Source of the DNA: Eledone cirrhosa
Taxonomy: Eukaryota
Direction of reading: 5' to 3'
DNA: 64,000 nt
Assembly: GCA_964016885.1 (NCBI GenBank)
Contig: OZ024741.1
Location: forward strand, 3,348,001-3,412,000
Under the pieces are notes generated by a model. That model was not told the DNA's origin, ran no database searches, and saw only the letters and a list, made by a program, of their open reading frames with translations. Below are positions 1 through 18,000 of this stretch, in pieces. Position numbers and translations under genes: made by a program. The stretch's first letter is position 1. Every line of letters begins with the position of its first letter.

Positions 1-3000
1 AATATAGAGAGACAACATAACAACTACAGCAATATAGAGACATAACAACTACAGCAATATAGAAAGACATAACAACTACGGCAATATAGAGAGACATAAC
101 AACTACAGCAATATAGAGAGATAACAACTACAGCAATATAGAGATACAACATAACAACTACAGCAATATAGAGACATAAAAAACTACAGCAATATAGAGA
201 GACATAACAACTACAGCAATATAGAGACATATCAACTACAGCAATATAGAGAGACATAACAACTGCAGCAATATAGAGAGACAACATAACAACGACAGCA
301 ATATAGGGAGACATAACAAATACAGCAATATAGATAGACATAACAACTGCAGCAATATTGAGAGACAAAATAACAACTACAACAATATAGAGAGACATAA
401 CAACTACAGCAATATAGAGAGACATAACAACTACAGCAATATAGATTCATAACAAGTACAGCAATATAGAGAGACATAACGACAACAGCAATATAGAAAG
501 ACATAACAACTACAGCAATATAGAGAGACATAACAAATACAGCAATATAGAGATAACAACTACAGCAATATAGAGACATAACAACTACAGCAATATAGAG
601 AGACAACATAACAACTACAGCAATATAGAGACATAACAACTACAGCAATATAGAAAGACATAACAACTACGGCAATATAGAGAGACATAACAACTACAGC
701 AATATAGAGAGATAACAACTACAGCAATATAGAGATACAACATAACAACTACAGCAATATAGAGACATAAAAAACTACAGCAATATAGAGAGACATAACA
801 ACTACAGCAATATAGAGACATATCAACTACAGCAATATAGAGAGACATAACAACTGCAGCAATATAGAGAGACAACATAACAACGACAGCAATATAGGGA
901 GACATAACAAATACAGCAATATAGAAAGACATAACAACTACAGCAATATAGAGATAACAACTACAGCAATATAGAGAGACATAACAACTACAGCAATATA
1001 GAGAGACGTAACAACTACAGGAATATAGAGAGATAACAACTACAGCAATATAGAGAGACAACATAACAACTACAGCAATATAGAGAGACATAACAACTAC
1101 AGCAATATAGAAAGACATAACAACTACAGCAATATAAAGGGACATAACAACTACAGGAATATAGAGAGATAACAACTACAGCAATATAGAGACACATAAC
1201 AACTACAGCAATATAAAGGGACAAGATAACTACTACAGCAATATAGATAGACATAACAACTGCAGCAATATTGAGAGACAAAATAACAACTACAACAATA
1301 TAGAGAGACATAACAACTACAGCAATATAGAGAGACATAACAACTACAGCAATATAGATTCATAACAAGTACAGCAATATAGAGAGACATAACGACAACA
1401 GCAATATAGAGAGACATAACAACTACAGCAATATAGAGATAACAACTACAGCAATATAGAGAGACATAACAACTACAGCAATATAGAGAGACATGACAAC
1501 TACAGGAATATAAAGTGATAACAACTACAGCAATATAGAGACACATAACAACTACAGCAATATAAAGGGACAACGTAACTACTACAGCAATATAGAGAGA
1601 CATAACAACTGCAGCAATATAGCGAGACAACATAACAACTACAGCAATATAGAGAGACATAACAACTACAGCAATATAGTGAGCCATAACAACTACAGCA
1701 ATATAGAGACATAACAACTACAGCAATATAGAGAGACAACATAACAACTCCAGCAATATAGAGAGACATAACAACTACAGCAATATAGAGACATAACAAC
1801 TACACCAATATAGAGAGACAACATAATAACTACAGCAATATAGAGAGACATAACAACTACAGCAATATAGAGAGACATAACAACTACAGCAATATAGAGA
1901 CATAACAACTACAGCAATATAGAGAGACATAACAACTGCAGCAATATAGAGAGACAACATAACAACGACAGAAATATAGGGAGTCATAACAAATACAGCA
2001 ATATATAAAGACATAACAACTACAGCCATATAGAGAGACATAACAAATACAGCAATATAGAGATGACAACTCCAGCAATATAGAGAGACATAACAACTAC
2101 AGCAATATAGAGACATAACAACTACAGCAATATAGAGACATAACAACTACAGCAATATAGAGAGACAACATAACAACTACAGCAATATAGAGAGACAACA
2201 ACTACAGCAACATAGAGACATAACAACTACACCAATATAGAGAGACAACATAACAACTACAGCAATATAGAGAGACATAACAACTACAGCAATATAGAGA
2301 GACATAACAACTACAGCAATATAGAGAGACATAACAACTACACCAACATAAAGAGACAACATAACAACTACAGCAATATAGAGAGACATAACAACTACAG
2401 CAATATAGAGACATAACAACTACAGCAATATAGAGAGACAATATAACAACTACAGTAATATTGAGAGACATAACAACTGCAGCAATATAGAGACATAACA
2501 ACTACAACAATATAGAGACATAACAACTACAGTAATATAGAGACATATCAACTACAGCAATATAGAGAGACATAACAACTGCATCAATATAGAGAGACAA
2601 CATAACAACGACAGAAATATAGGGAGTCATAACAAATACAGCAATATAGAAAGACATAACAACTACAGCAATATAGAGAGACATAACAAATACAGCAATA
2701 TAGAGAGACAACATAACAACTACAGCAATATAGAGACATAACAACTACAGCAATATAGAAAGACATAACAACTACGGCAATATAGAGAGACATAACAACT
2801 ACAGCAATATAGAGAGATAACAACTACAGCAATATAGAGAGCCAACATAAAAACTACAGCAGTATAGAGAGACATAACAACTACAGCAATATAGAGACAT
2901 ATCAACTACAGCAATATAGAGAGACATAACAACTGCAGCAATATAGAGAGACAACATAACAACGACAGCAATATAGGGAGACATAACAAATACAGCAATA

Positions 3001-6000
3001 TAGAAAGACATAACAACTACAGCAATATAGAGAGACATAACAACTACAGCAATATAGAGATAACAACTACAGCAATATAGAGAGACATAACAACTACAGC
3101 AATATAGAGAGTCATGACAACTACAGGAATATAGAGAGATAACAACTACAGCAATAAAGAGAGACAACATAACAACTACTGCAATATAGAGAGACATAAC
3201 AACTACAGCAATATAGAAAGACATAACAAGTACAGCAATATAGAGAGACATAACAACTACAGGAATATAGAGAGATAACAACTACAGCAATATAGAGACA
3301 CATAAAAAATTCAGCAATATAAAGGGACAACGTAACTACTACAGCAATATAGAGAGACATAACAACTGCAGCAATATAGCGAGACAACATAACAACTACA
3401 GCAATATAGAGAGACATAACAACTACAGCAATATAGTGAGCCATAACAACTACAGCAATATAGAGACATAACAACTACAGCAATATAGAGAGACAACATA
3501 ACAACTCCAGCAATATAGAGACACATAACAACTACAGCAATATAGAGACATAACAACTACACCAATATAGAGAGACAACATAATAACTACAGCAATATAG
3601 AGAGACATAACAACTACAGCAATATAGAGAGACATAACAACTACAGCAATATAGAGAGACGTAACAACTACAGCAATATAGAGAGACATAACAAATACAG
3701 CAATATAGAGAGACAACATAACAACTACAGCAATATAGAGACATAACAACTACAGCAATATAGAAAGACATAACAACTACGGCAATATAGAGAGACATAA
3801 CAACTACAGCAATATAGAGAGATAACAACTACAGCAATATAGAGAGCCAACATAAAAACTACAGCAGTATAGAGAGACATAACAACTACAGCAATATAGA
3901 GACATATCAACTACAGCAATATAGAGAGACATAACAACTGCAGCAATATAGAGAGACAACATAACAACGACAGCAATATAGGGAGACATAACAAATACAG
4001 CAATATAGAAAGACATAACAACTACAGCAATATAGAGAGACATAACAACTACAGCAATATAGAGATAACAACTACAGCAATATAGAGAGACATAACAACT
4101 ACAGCAATATAGAGAGTCATGACAACTACAGGAATATAGAGAGATAACAACTACAGCAATAAAGAGAGACAACATAACAACTACTGCAATATAGAGAGAC
4201 ATAACAACTACAGCAATATAGAAAGACATAACAAGTACAGCAATATAGAGAGACATAACAACTACAGGAATATAGAGAGATAACAACTACAGCAATATAG
4301 AGACACATAAAAAATTCAGCAATATAAAGGGACAACGTAACTACTACAGCAATATAGAGAGACATAACAACTGCAGCAATATAGCGAGACAACATAACAA
4401 CTACAGCAATATAGAGAGACATAACAACTACAGCAATATAGTGAGCCATAACAACTACAGCAATATAGAGACATAACAACTACAGCAATATAGAGAGACA
4501 ACATAACAACTCCAGCAATATAGAGACACATAACAACTACAGCAATATAGAGACATAACAACTACACCAATATAGAGAGACAACATAATAACTACAGCAA
4601 TATAGAGAGACATAACAACTACAGCAATATAGAGAGACATAACAACTACAGCAATATAGAGAGACGTAACAACTACAGCAATATAGAGAGACAACATAAC
4701 AACTACAGCAATATAAAGGGACAACGTAACTACTACAGCAATATAGAGAGACATAACAACTGCAGCAATATAGAGAGACAACATAACAACTACAGCAATA
4801 TAGAGAGACATAACAACTACAGCAATATAGTGAGCCATAACAACTACAGCAATATAGAGACATAACAACTACAGCAATATAGAGAGACAACATAACAACT
4901 CCAGCAATATAGAGAGACATAACAACTACAGCAATATAGAGACATAACAACTACAGCAATATAGAGAGACATAACAACTGCAGCAATATAGAGAGACAAC
5001 ATAACAACGACAGAAATATAGGGAGTCATAACAAATACAGCAATATAGAGAGACATAACAACTACAGCAATATAGAGAGACATAACATATACAGCAATAT
5101 AGAGATAACAACTACAGCAATATAGAGAGACATAACAACTACAGCAATATAGTGAGCCATAATAACTACAGCAATATTGGGAGACAACATAACAACTCCA
5201 GCAATATAGAGAGACATAACAACTACAGCAATATAGAGACATAACAAATACAGCAATATAGAGACATAACAACTAGAGCAATATAGAGAGACAACATAAC
5301 AACTACAGCAATATAGAGAGACAACAACTACAGCAACATAGAGACATAACAACTACACCAATATAGAGAGACAACATAACAACTACAGCAATATAGAGAG
5401 ACATAACAACTACAGCAATATAGAGAGACATAACAACTACAGCAATATAGAGAGACATAACAACTACACCAACATAAAGAGACAGCATAACAACTACAGC
5501 AATATAGAGAGACATAACAACTACAGCAATATAGAGATATAACAACTACAGCAATATAGAGAGACAATATAACAACTACAGTAATATTGAGAGACATAAC
5601 AACTGCAGCAATATAGAGACATAACAACTACAGCAATATAGAGACATAACAACTACAGCAATATAGAGACATATCAACTACAGCAATATAGAGAGACATA
5701 ACAACTGCAGCAATATAGAGAGACAACATAACAACGACAGAAATATAGGGAGTCATAACAAATACAGCAATATAGAAAGACATAACAACTACAGCAATAT
5801 AGAGAGACATAACAAATACAGCAATATAGAGATAACAACTACAGCAATATAGAGAGACATAACAACTACAGCAATATAGAGAGACAACATAACAACTACA
5901 GCAATATAGAGACATAACAACTACAGCAATATAGAAAGACATAACAACTACGGCATTATAGAGAGACATAACAACTACAGCAATATAGAGAGATAACAAC

Positions 6001-9000
6001 TACAGCAATATAGAGATACAACATAACAACTACAGCAATATAGAGACATAAAAAACTACAGCAATATAGAGAGACATAACAAATACAGCAATATAGAGAC
6101 ATATCAACTACAGCAATATAGAGAGACATAACAACTGCAGCAATATAGAGAGACAACATAACAACGACAGCAATATAGGGAGACATAACAAATACAGCAA
6201 TATAGAAAGACATAACAACTACAGCAATATAGAGATAACAACTACAGCAATATAGAGAGACATAACAACTACAGCAATATAGAGAGACGTAACAACTACA
6301 GGAATATAGAGAGATAACAACTACAGCAATATAGAGAGACAACATAACAACTACAGCAATATAGAGAGACATAACAACTACAGCAATATAGAAAGACATA
6401 ACAACTACAGCAATATAAAGGGACATAACAACTACAGGAATATAGAGAGATAACAACTACAGCAATATAGAGACACATAACAACTACAGCAATATAAAGG
6501 GACAAGATAACATCTACAGCAATATAGATAGACATAACAACTGCAGCAATATTGAGAGACAAAATAACAACTACAACAATATAGAGAGACATAACAACTA
6601 CAGCAATATAGAGAGACATAACAACTACAGCAATATAGATTCATAACAAGTACAGCAATATAGAGAGACATAACGACAACAGCAATATAGAGAGACATAA
6701 CAACTACAGCAATATAGAGATAACAACTACAGCAATATAGAGAGACATAACAACTACAGCAATATAGAGAGACATGACAACTACAGGAATATAGAGTGAT
6801 AACAACTACAGCAATATAGAGAGACAACATAACAACTACTGCAATATAGAGACACATAACAACTACAGCAATATAGAAAGACATAACAAGTACAGCAATA
6901 TAGAGAGACATAACAACTACAGGAATATAGAGAGATAACAACTACAGCAATATTGAGACACATAACAACTACAGCAATATAAAGGGACAACGTAACTACT
7001 ACAGCAATATAGAGAGACATAACAACTGCAGCAATATAGCGAGACAACATAACAACTACAGCAATATAGAGAGACATAACAACTACAGCAATATAGTGAG
7101 CCATAACAACTACAGCAATATAGAGACATAACAACTACAGCAATATAGAGAGACAACATAACAACTCCAGCAATATAGAGAGACATAACAACTACAGCAA
7201 TATAGAGACATAACAACTACACCAATATAGAGAGACAACATAATAACTACAGCAATATAGAGAGACATAACAACTACAGCAATATAGAGAGACATAACAA
7301 CTACAGCAATATAGAGACATAACAACTACAGCAATATAGAGAGACATAGCAACTGCAGCAATATAGAGAGACAACATAACAACGACAGAAATATAGGGAG
7401 TCATAACAAATACAGCAATATATAAAGACATAACAACTACAGCCATATAGAGAGACATAACAAATACAGCAATATAGAGATAACAACTCCAGCAATATAG
7501 AGAGACATAACAACTACAGCAATATAGAGACATAACAACTACAGCAATATAGAGACATAACAACTACAGCAATATAGAGAGACAACATAACAACTACAGC
7601 AATATAGAGAGACAACAACTACAGCAACATAGAGACATAACAACTACACCAATATAGAGAGACAACATAACAACTACAGCAATATAGAGAGACATAACAA
7701 CTACAGCAATATAGAGAGACATAACAACTACAGCAATATAGAGAGACATAACAACTACACCAACATAAAGAGACAACATAACAACTACAGCAATATAGAG
7801 AGACATAACAACTACACCAATATAGAGAGACAACATAATAACTACAGCAATATAGAGAGACATAACAACTACAGCAATATAGAGAGACATAACAACTACA
7901 GCAATATAGAGACATAACAACTACAGCAATATAGAGAGACATAACAACTGCAGCAATATAGAGAGACAACATAACAACGACAGAAATATAGGGAGTCATA
8001 ACAAATACAGCAATATATAAAGACATAACAACTACAGCCATATAGAGAGACATAACAAATACAGCAATATAGAGATGACAACTCCAGCAATATAGAGAGA
8101 CATAACAACTACAGCAATATAGAGACATAACAACTACAGCAATATAGAGACATAACAACTACAGCAATATAGAGAGACAACATAACAACTACAGCAATAT
8201 AGAGAGACAACAACTACAGCAACATAGAGACATAACAACTACACCAATATAGAGAGACAACATAACAACTACAGCAATATAGAGAGACATAACAACTACA
8301 GCAATATAGAGAGACATAACAACTACAGCAATATAGAGAGACATAACAACTACACCAACATAAAGAGACAACATAACAACTACAGCAATATAGAGAGACA
8401 TAACAACTACAGCAATATAGAGACATAACAACTACAGCAATATAGAGAGACAATATAACAACTACAGTAATATTGAGAGACATAACAACTGCAGCAATAT
8501 AGAGACATAACAACTACAACAATATAGAGACATAACAACTACAGTAATATAGAGACATATCAACTACAGCAATATAGAGAGACATAACAACTGCATCAAT
8601 ATAGAGAGACAACATAACAACGACAGAAATATAGGGAGTCATAACAAATACAGCAATATAGAAAGACATAACAACTACAGCAATATAGAGAGACATAACA
8701 AATACAGCAATATAGAGAGACAACATAACAACTACAGCAATATAGAGACATAACAACTACAGCAATATAGAAAGACATAACAACTACGGCAATATAGAGA
8801 GACATAACAACTACAGCAATATAGAGAGATAACAACTACAGCAATATAGAGAGCCAACATAAAAACTACAGCAGTATAGAGAGACATAACAACTACAGCA
8901 ATATAGAGACATATCAACTACAGCAATATAGAGAGACATAACAACTGCAGCAATATAGAGAGACAACATAACAACGACAGCAATATAGGGAGACATAACA

Positions 9001-12000
9001 AATACAGCAATATAGAAAGACATAACAACTACAGCAATATAGAGAGACATAACAACTACAGCAATATAGAGATAACAACTACAGCAATATAGAGAGACAT
9101 AACAACTACAGCAATATAGAGAGTCATGACAACTACAGGAATATAGAGAGATAACAACTACAGCAATAAAGAGAGACAACATAACAACTACTGCAATATA
9201 GAGAGACATAACAACTACAGCAATATAGAAAGACATAACAAGTACAGCAATATAGAGAGACATAACAACTACAGGAATATAGAGAGATAACAACTACAGC
9301 AATATAGAGACACATAAAAAATTCAGCAATATAAAGGGACAACGTAACTACTACAGCAATATAGAGAGACATAACAACTGCAGCAATATAGCGAGACAAC
9401 ATAACAACTACAGCAATATAGAGAGACATAACAACTACAGCAATATAGTGAGCCATAACAACTACAGCAATATAGAGACATAACAACTACAGCAATATAG
9501 AGAGACAACATAACAACTCCAGCAATATAGAGACACATAACAACTACAGCAATATAGAGACATAACAACTACACCAATATAGAGAGACAACATAATAACT
9601 ACAGCAATATAGAGAGACATAACAACTACAGCAATATAGAGAGACATAACAACTACAGCAATATAGAGAGACGTAACAACTACAGCAATATAGAGAGACA
9701 ACATAACAACTACAGCAATATAAAGGGACAACGTAACTACTACAGCAATATAGAGAGACATAACAACTGCAGCAATATAGAGAGACAACATAACAACTAC
9801 AGCAATATAGAGAGACATAACAACTACAGCAATATAGTGAGCCATAACAACTACAGCAATATAGAGACATAACAACTACAGCAATATAGAGAGACAACAT
9901 AACAACTCCAGCAATATAGAGAGACATAACAACTACAGCAATATAGAGACATAACAACTACAGCAATATAGAGAGACATAACAACTGCAGCAATATAGAG
10001 AGACAACATAACAACGACAGAAATATAGGGAGTCATAACAAATACAGCAATATAGAGAGACATAACAACAACAGCAATATAGAGAGACATAACATATACA
10101 GCAATATAGAGATAACAACTACAGCAATATAGAGAGACATAACAACTACAGCAATATAGTGAGCCATAATAACTACAGCAATATTGGGAGACAACATAAC
10201 AACTCCAGCAATATAGAGAGACATAACAACTACAGCAATATAGAGACATAACAAATACAGCAATATAGAGACATAACAACTAGAGCAATATAGAGAGACA
10301 ACATAACAACTACAGCAATATAGAGAGACAACAACTACAGCAACATAGAGACATAACAACTACACCAATATAGAGAGACAACATAACAACTACAGCAATA
10401 TAGAGAGACATAACAACTACAGCAATATAGAGAGACATAACAACTACAGCAATATAGAGAGACATAACAACTACACCAACATAAAGAGACAGCATAACAA
10501 CTACAGCAATATAGAGAGACATAACAACTACAGCAATATAGAGATATAACAACTACAGCAATATAGAGAGACAATATAACAACTACAGTAATATTGAGAG
10601 ACATAACAACTGCAGCAATATAGAGACATAACAACTACAGCAATATAGAGACATAACAACTACAGCAATATAGAGACATATCAACTACAGCAATATAGAG
10701 AGACATAACAACTGCAGCAATATAGAGAGACAACATAACAACGACAGAAATATAGGGAGTCATAACAAATACAGCAATATAGAAAGACATAACAACTACA
10801 GCAATATAGAGAGACATAACAAATACAGCAATATAGAGATAACAACTACAGCAATATAGAGAGACATAACAACTACAGCAATATAGAGAGACAACATAAC
10901 AACTACAGCAATATAGAGACATAACAACTACAGCAATATAGAAAGACATAACAACTACGGCATTATAGAGAGACATAACAACTACAGCAATATAGAGAGA
11001 TAACAACTACAGCAATATAGAGATACAACATAACAACTACAGCAATATAGAGACATAAAAAACTACAGCAATATAGAGAGACATAACAAATACAGCAATA
11101 TAGAGACATATCAACTACAGCAATATAGAGAGACATAACAACTGCAGCAATATAGAGAGACAACATAACAACGACAGCAATATAGGGAGACATAACAAAT
11201 ACAGCAATATAGAAAGACATAACAACTACAGCAATATAGAGATAACAACTACAGCAATATAGAGAGACATAACAACTACAGCAATATAGAGAGACGTAAC
11301 AACTACAGGAATATAGAGAGATAACAACTACAGCAATATAGAGAGACGACATAACAACTACAGCAATATAGAGAGACATAACAACTACAGCAATATAGAA
11401 AGACATAACAACTACAGCAATATAAAGGGACATAACAACTACAGGAATATGGAGAGATAACAACTACAGCAATATAGAGACACATAACAACTACAGCAAT
11501 ATAAAGGGACAAGATAACATCTACAGCAATATAGATAGACATAACAACTGCAGCAATATTGAGAGACAAAATAACAACTACAACAATATAGAGAGACATA
11601 ACAACTACAGCAATATAGAGAGACATAACAACTACAGCAATATAGATTCATAACAAGTACAGCAATATAGAGAGACATAACGACAACAGCAATATAGAGA
11701 GACATAACAACTACAGCAATATAGAGATAACAACTACAGCAATATAGAGAGACATAACAACTACAGCAATATAGAGAGACATGACAACTACAGGAATATA
11801 GAGTGATAACAACTACAGCAATATAGAGAGACAACATAACAACTACTGCAATATAGAGACACATAACAACTACAGCAATATAGAAAGACATAACAAGTAC
11901 AGCAATATAGAGAGACATAACAACTACAGGAATATAGAGAGATAACAACTACAGCAATATTGAGACACATAACAACTACAGCAATATAAAGGGACAACGT

Positions 12001-15000
12001 AACTACTACAGCAATATAGAGAGACATAACAACTGCAGCAATATAGCGAGACAACATAACAACTACAGCAATATAGAGAGACATAACAACTACAGCAATA
12101 TAGTGAGCCATAACAACTACAGCAATATAGAGACATAACAACTACAGCAATATAGAGAGACAACATAACAACTCCAGCAATATAGAGAGACATAACAACT
12201 ACAGCAATATAGAGACATAACAACTACACCAATATAGAGAGACAACATAATAACTACAGCAATATAGAGAGACATAACAACTACAGCAATATAGAGAGAC
12301 ATAACAACTACAGCAATATAGAGACATAACAACTACAGCAATATAGAGAGACATAGCAACTGCAGCAATATAGAGAGACAACATAACAACGACAGAAATA
12401 TAGGGAGTCATAACAAATACAGCAATATATAAAGACATAACAACTACAGCCATATAGAGAGACATAACAAATACAGCAATATAGAGATAACAACTCCAGC
12501 AATATAGAGAGACATAACAACTACAGCAATATAGAGACATAACAACTACAGCAATATAGAGACATAACAACTACAGCAATATAGAGAGACAACATAACAA
12601 CTACAGCAATATAGAGAGACAACAACTACAGCAACATAGAGACATAACAACTACACCAATATAGAGAGACAACATAACAACTACAGCAATATAGAGAGAC
12701 ATAACAACTACAGCAATATAGAGAGACATAACAACTACAGCAATATAGAGAGACATAACAACTACACCAACATAAAGAGACAACATAACAACTACAGCAA
12801 TATAGAGAGACATAACAACTACAGCAATATAGAGACATAACAACTACAGCAATATAGAGAGACAATATAACAACTACAGTAATATTGAGAGACATAACAA
12901 CTGCAGCAATATAGAGACATAACAACTACAACAATATAGAGACATAACAACTACAGTAATATAGAGACATATCAACTACAGCAATATAGAGAGACATAAC
13001 AACTGCACCAATATAGAGAGACAACATAACAACGACAGAAATATAGGGAGTCATAACAAATACAGCAATATAGAAAGACATAACAACTACAGCAATATAG
13101 AGAGACATAACAAATACAGCAATATAGAGAGACAACATAACAACTACAGCAATATAGAGACATAACAACTACAGCAATATAGAAAGACATAACAACTACG
13201 GCAATATAGAGAGACATAACAACTACAGCAATATAGAGAGATAACAACTACAGCAATATAGAGAGCCAACATAAAAACTACAGCAGTATAGAGACATAAA
13301 AAACTACAGCAATATAGAGAGACATAACAACTACAGCAATATAGAGACATATCAACTACAGCAATATAGAGAGACATAACAACTGCAGCAATATAGAGAG
13401 ACAACATAACAACGACAGCAATATAGGGAGACATAACAAATACAGCAATATAGAAAGACATAACAACTACAGCAATATAGAGAGACATAACAACTACAGC
13501 AATATAGAGATAACAACTACAGCAATATAGAGAGACATAACAACTACAGCAATATAGAGAGTCATGACAACTACAGGAATATAGAGAGATAACAACTACA
13601 GCAATAAAGAGAGACAACATAACAACTACTGCAATATAGAGAGACATAACAACTACAGCAATATAGAAAGACATAACAAGTACAGCAATATAGAGAGACA
13701 TAACAACTACAGGAATATAGAGAGATAACAACTACAGCAATATAGAGACACATAACAACTACAGCAATATAAAGGGACAACGTAACTACTACAGCAATAT
13801 AGAGAGACATAACAACTGCAGCAATATAGCGAGACAACATAACAACTACAGCAATATAGAGAGACATAACAACTACAGCAATATAGTGAGCCATAACAAC
13901 TACAGCAATATAGAGACATAACAACTACAGCAATATAGAGAGACAACATAACAACTCCAGCAATATAGAGACACATAACAACTACAGCAATATAGAGACA
14001 TAACAACTACACCAATATAGAGAGACAACATAATAACTACAGCAATATAGAGAGACATAACAACTACAGCAATATAGAGAGACATAACAACTACAGCAAT
14101 ATAGAGATAACAACTACAGCAATATAGAGAGACATAACAACTACAGCAATATAGAGAGACGTAACAACTACAGCAATATAGAGAGACAACATAACAACTA
14201 CAGCAATATAAAGGGACAACGTAACTACTACAGCAATATAGAGAGACATAACAACTGCAGCAATATAGAGAGACAACATAACAACTACAGCAATATAGAG
14301 AGACATAACAACTACAGCAATATAGTGAGCCATAACAACTACAGCAATATAGAGACATAACAACTACAGCAATATAGAGAGACAACATAACAACTCCAGC
14401 AATATAGAGAGACATAACAACTACAGCAATATAGAGACATAACAACTACAGCAATATAGAGAGACATAACAACTGCAGCAATATAGAGAGAGAACATAAC
14501 AACGACAGAAATATAGGGAGTCATAACAAATACAGCAATATAGAAAGACATAACAACTACAGCAATATAGAGAGACATAACATATACAGCAATATAGAGA
14601 TAACAACTACAGCAATATAGAGAGACATAACAACTACAGCAATATAGTGAGCCATAATAACTACAGCAATATAGGGAGACAACATAACAACTCCAGCAAT
14701 ATAGAGAGACATAACAACTACAGCAATATAGAGACATAACAAATACAGCAATATAGAGACATAACAACTACAGCAATATAGAGAGACAACATAACAACTA
14801 CAGCAATATAGAGAGACAACAACTACAGCAACATAGAGACATAACAACTACACCAACATAAAGAGACAACATAACAACTACAGCAATATAGAGAGACATA
14901 ACAACTACAGCAATATAGAGACATAACAACTACAGCAATATAGAGAGACAATATAACAACTACAGTAATATTGAGAGACATAACAACTGCAGCAATATAG

Positions 15001-18000
15001 AGACATAACAACTACACCAATATAGAGACATAACAACTACAGCAATATAGAGACATATCAACTACAGCAATATCGAGAGACATAACAACTGCAGCAATAT
15101 AGAGAGACAACATAACAACGACAGAAATATAGGGAGTCATAACAAATACAGCAATATAGAAAGACATAACAACTACAGCAATATAGAGAGACATAACAAA
15201 TACAGCAATATAGAGATAACAACTACAGCAATATAGAGAGATAACAACTACAGCAATATAGAGAGACAACATAACAACTACAGCAATATAGAGACATAAC
15301 AACTACAGCAATATAGAAAGACATAACAACTACGGCAATATAGAGAGACATAACAACTACAGCAATATAGAGAGATAACAACTACAGCAATATATAGAGA
15401 AAACATAACAACTACAGCAATATAGAGACATAAAAAACTACAGCAATATAGAGAGACATAACAACTACAGCAATATAGAGACATATCAACTACAGCAATA
15501 TAGAGAGACATAACAACTGCAGCAATATAGAGAGACAACATAACAACATCAACAATATAGGGAGACATAACAAATACAGCAATATAGAAAGACATAACAA
15601 CTACAGCAATATAGAGATAACAACTACAGCAATATAGAGAGACATAACAACTACAGGAATATAGAGAGATAACATAACATCAACAGCAATATAGTGAGCC
15701 ATAATAACTACAGCAATATAGAGAGACAACATAACAACTCCAGCAATATAGAGAGACATAACAACTACAGCTATATAGAGACATAACAACTACAGCAATA
15801 TTGAGACATAACAACTACAGCAATATAGAGAGACAACAACTACAGCAACATAGAGACATAACAACTACACCCATATAGAGAGACAACATAACAACTACAG
15901 CAATATAGAGAAACTTAACAACTACAGCAATATAGAGAGACATAACAACTACAGCATTATAGAGAGACATAACAACTACACCAACATAAAGAGACAACAT
16001 AAAAACTACAGCAATATAGAGACATAACAACTACAGCAATATAGAGAGACAATATAACAACTACAGTAATATTGAGAGACATAACAACTGCAGCAATATA
16101 GAGACATAACAACTACAGCAATATAGAGACATAACAACTACAGCAATATAGAGACATATCAACTACAGCAATATAGAGAGACATAACAACTGCAGCAATA
16201 TAGAGAGACAACATAACAACGACAATAATATAGGGGGTCATAACAAATACAGCAATATAGAAAGACATAACAACTACAGCAATATAGAGAGACATAACAA
16301 ATACAGCAATATAGAGATAACAACTACATCAATATAGAGAGACATAACAACTACAGCAATATAGAGCGACATAACAACTACAGGAATATAGAGAGATAAC
16401 AACTACAGCAATATAGAGAGACAGCATAACAACTACATCAATATAGAGAGACATAACAACTACAGCAATATAGAAAGAGATAACAACTACGGAAATATAG
16501 AGAGACATAACAACTACAGCAATATAGAGAGATAACAACTACAGCAATATAGAGAGACAACATAACAACTACAGCAATATAGAGACATAAAAAACTACAG
16601 CAATATAGAGAGACATAACAACTACAGCAATATAGAGACATATCAACTACAGCAATATAGAGAGACATAACAACTGCAGCAATATAGAGAGACAACATAA
16701 CAACGACAGCAATATAGGGAGACATAACAAATACAGCAATATAGAAAGACATAACAACTAGAGCAATATAGAGATAACAACTACAGCAATATAGAGAGAC
16801 ATAACAACTACAGCAATATAGAGAGACATAACAACTACAGGAATATAGAGAGATAACAACTACAGCAATATAGAGAGACAACAAAACAACTACATCAATA
16901 TAGAGAGACATAACAACTACAGCAATATAGAAAGGCATAACAACTACAGCAATATAGAGGGACATAACAACTACAGCAATATAGAGACACATAACAACTA
17001 CAGCAATATAAAGGGACAACATAACTACTACATCAATATAGATAGACATAACAACTGCAGCAATATTGAGAGACAAAATAACAACTACAGCAATATAGAG
17101 AGACATAACAACTACAGCAATATAGAGAGACATAACAACTGCAGCAATCTAGAGTCATAACAAGTACAGCAATATAGAGAGACATAACAACAACAGCAAT
17201 ATAGAGAGACATAACAACTACAGCAATATAGAGAGACAACATAACAACTCCAGCAATATAGAGAGACATAACAACTACAGCAATATAGAGACATAACAAC
17301 TACAGCAATATAGAGACATAACAACTACAGCAATATAGAGAGACAACATAACAACTACAGCAATATAGAGAGACAACAACTACAGTAACATAGAGACATA
17401 ACAACTACACCAATATAAAGAGACAACATAACAACTACAGCAATATAGAGAGACATAACAACTACAGCAATATAGAGAGACATAACTACAGCAATATAGA
17501 GAGATATAACAACTACACCAACATAAAGAGACAACATAACAACTACAGCAATATAGAGAGACATAACAACTACAGCAATATAGAGACATAACAACTACAA
17601 CAATATGGAGAGACAATATAACAACTACAGTAATATAGAGGGACATAACAACTACAGCAATATAGAGAGACATAACAACTACAGCAATATTGAGAGATAT
17701 AACAACTACACCAACATAAAGAGACAACATAACAACTACAGCAATATAGAGACATAACAACTACAGCAATATAGAGACATAACAACTACAGAAATATAGA
17801 GACAAAACAGCTACAGCAATATAGAGACATAACAACTACAGCAATATAAAGGGACAACATAACAACTACAGCAATATAGAGACATATCAACTACAGCAAT
17901 ATAGAGAGACATAACAACTGCAGCAATATAGAGAGACAAAATAACAACGACAGAAATATAGGGAGTCATAACAAATACAGCAATATAGAAAGACATAACA

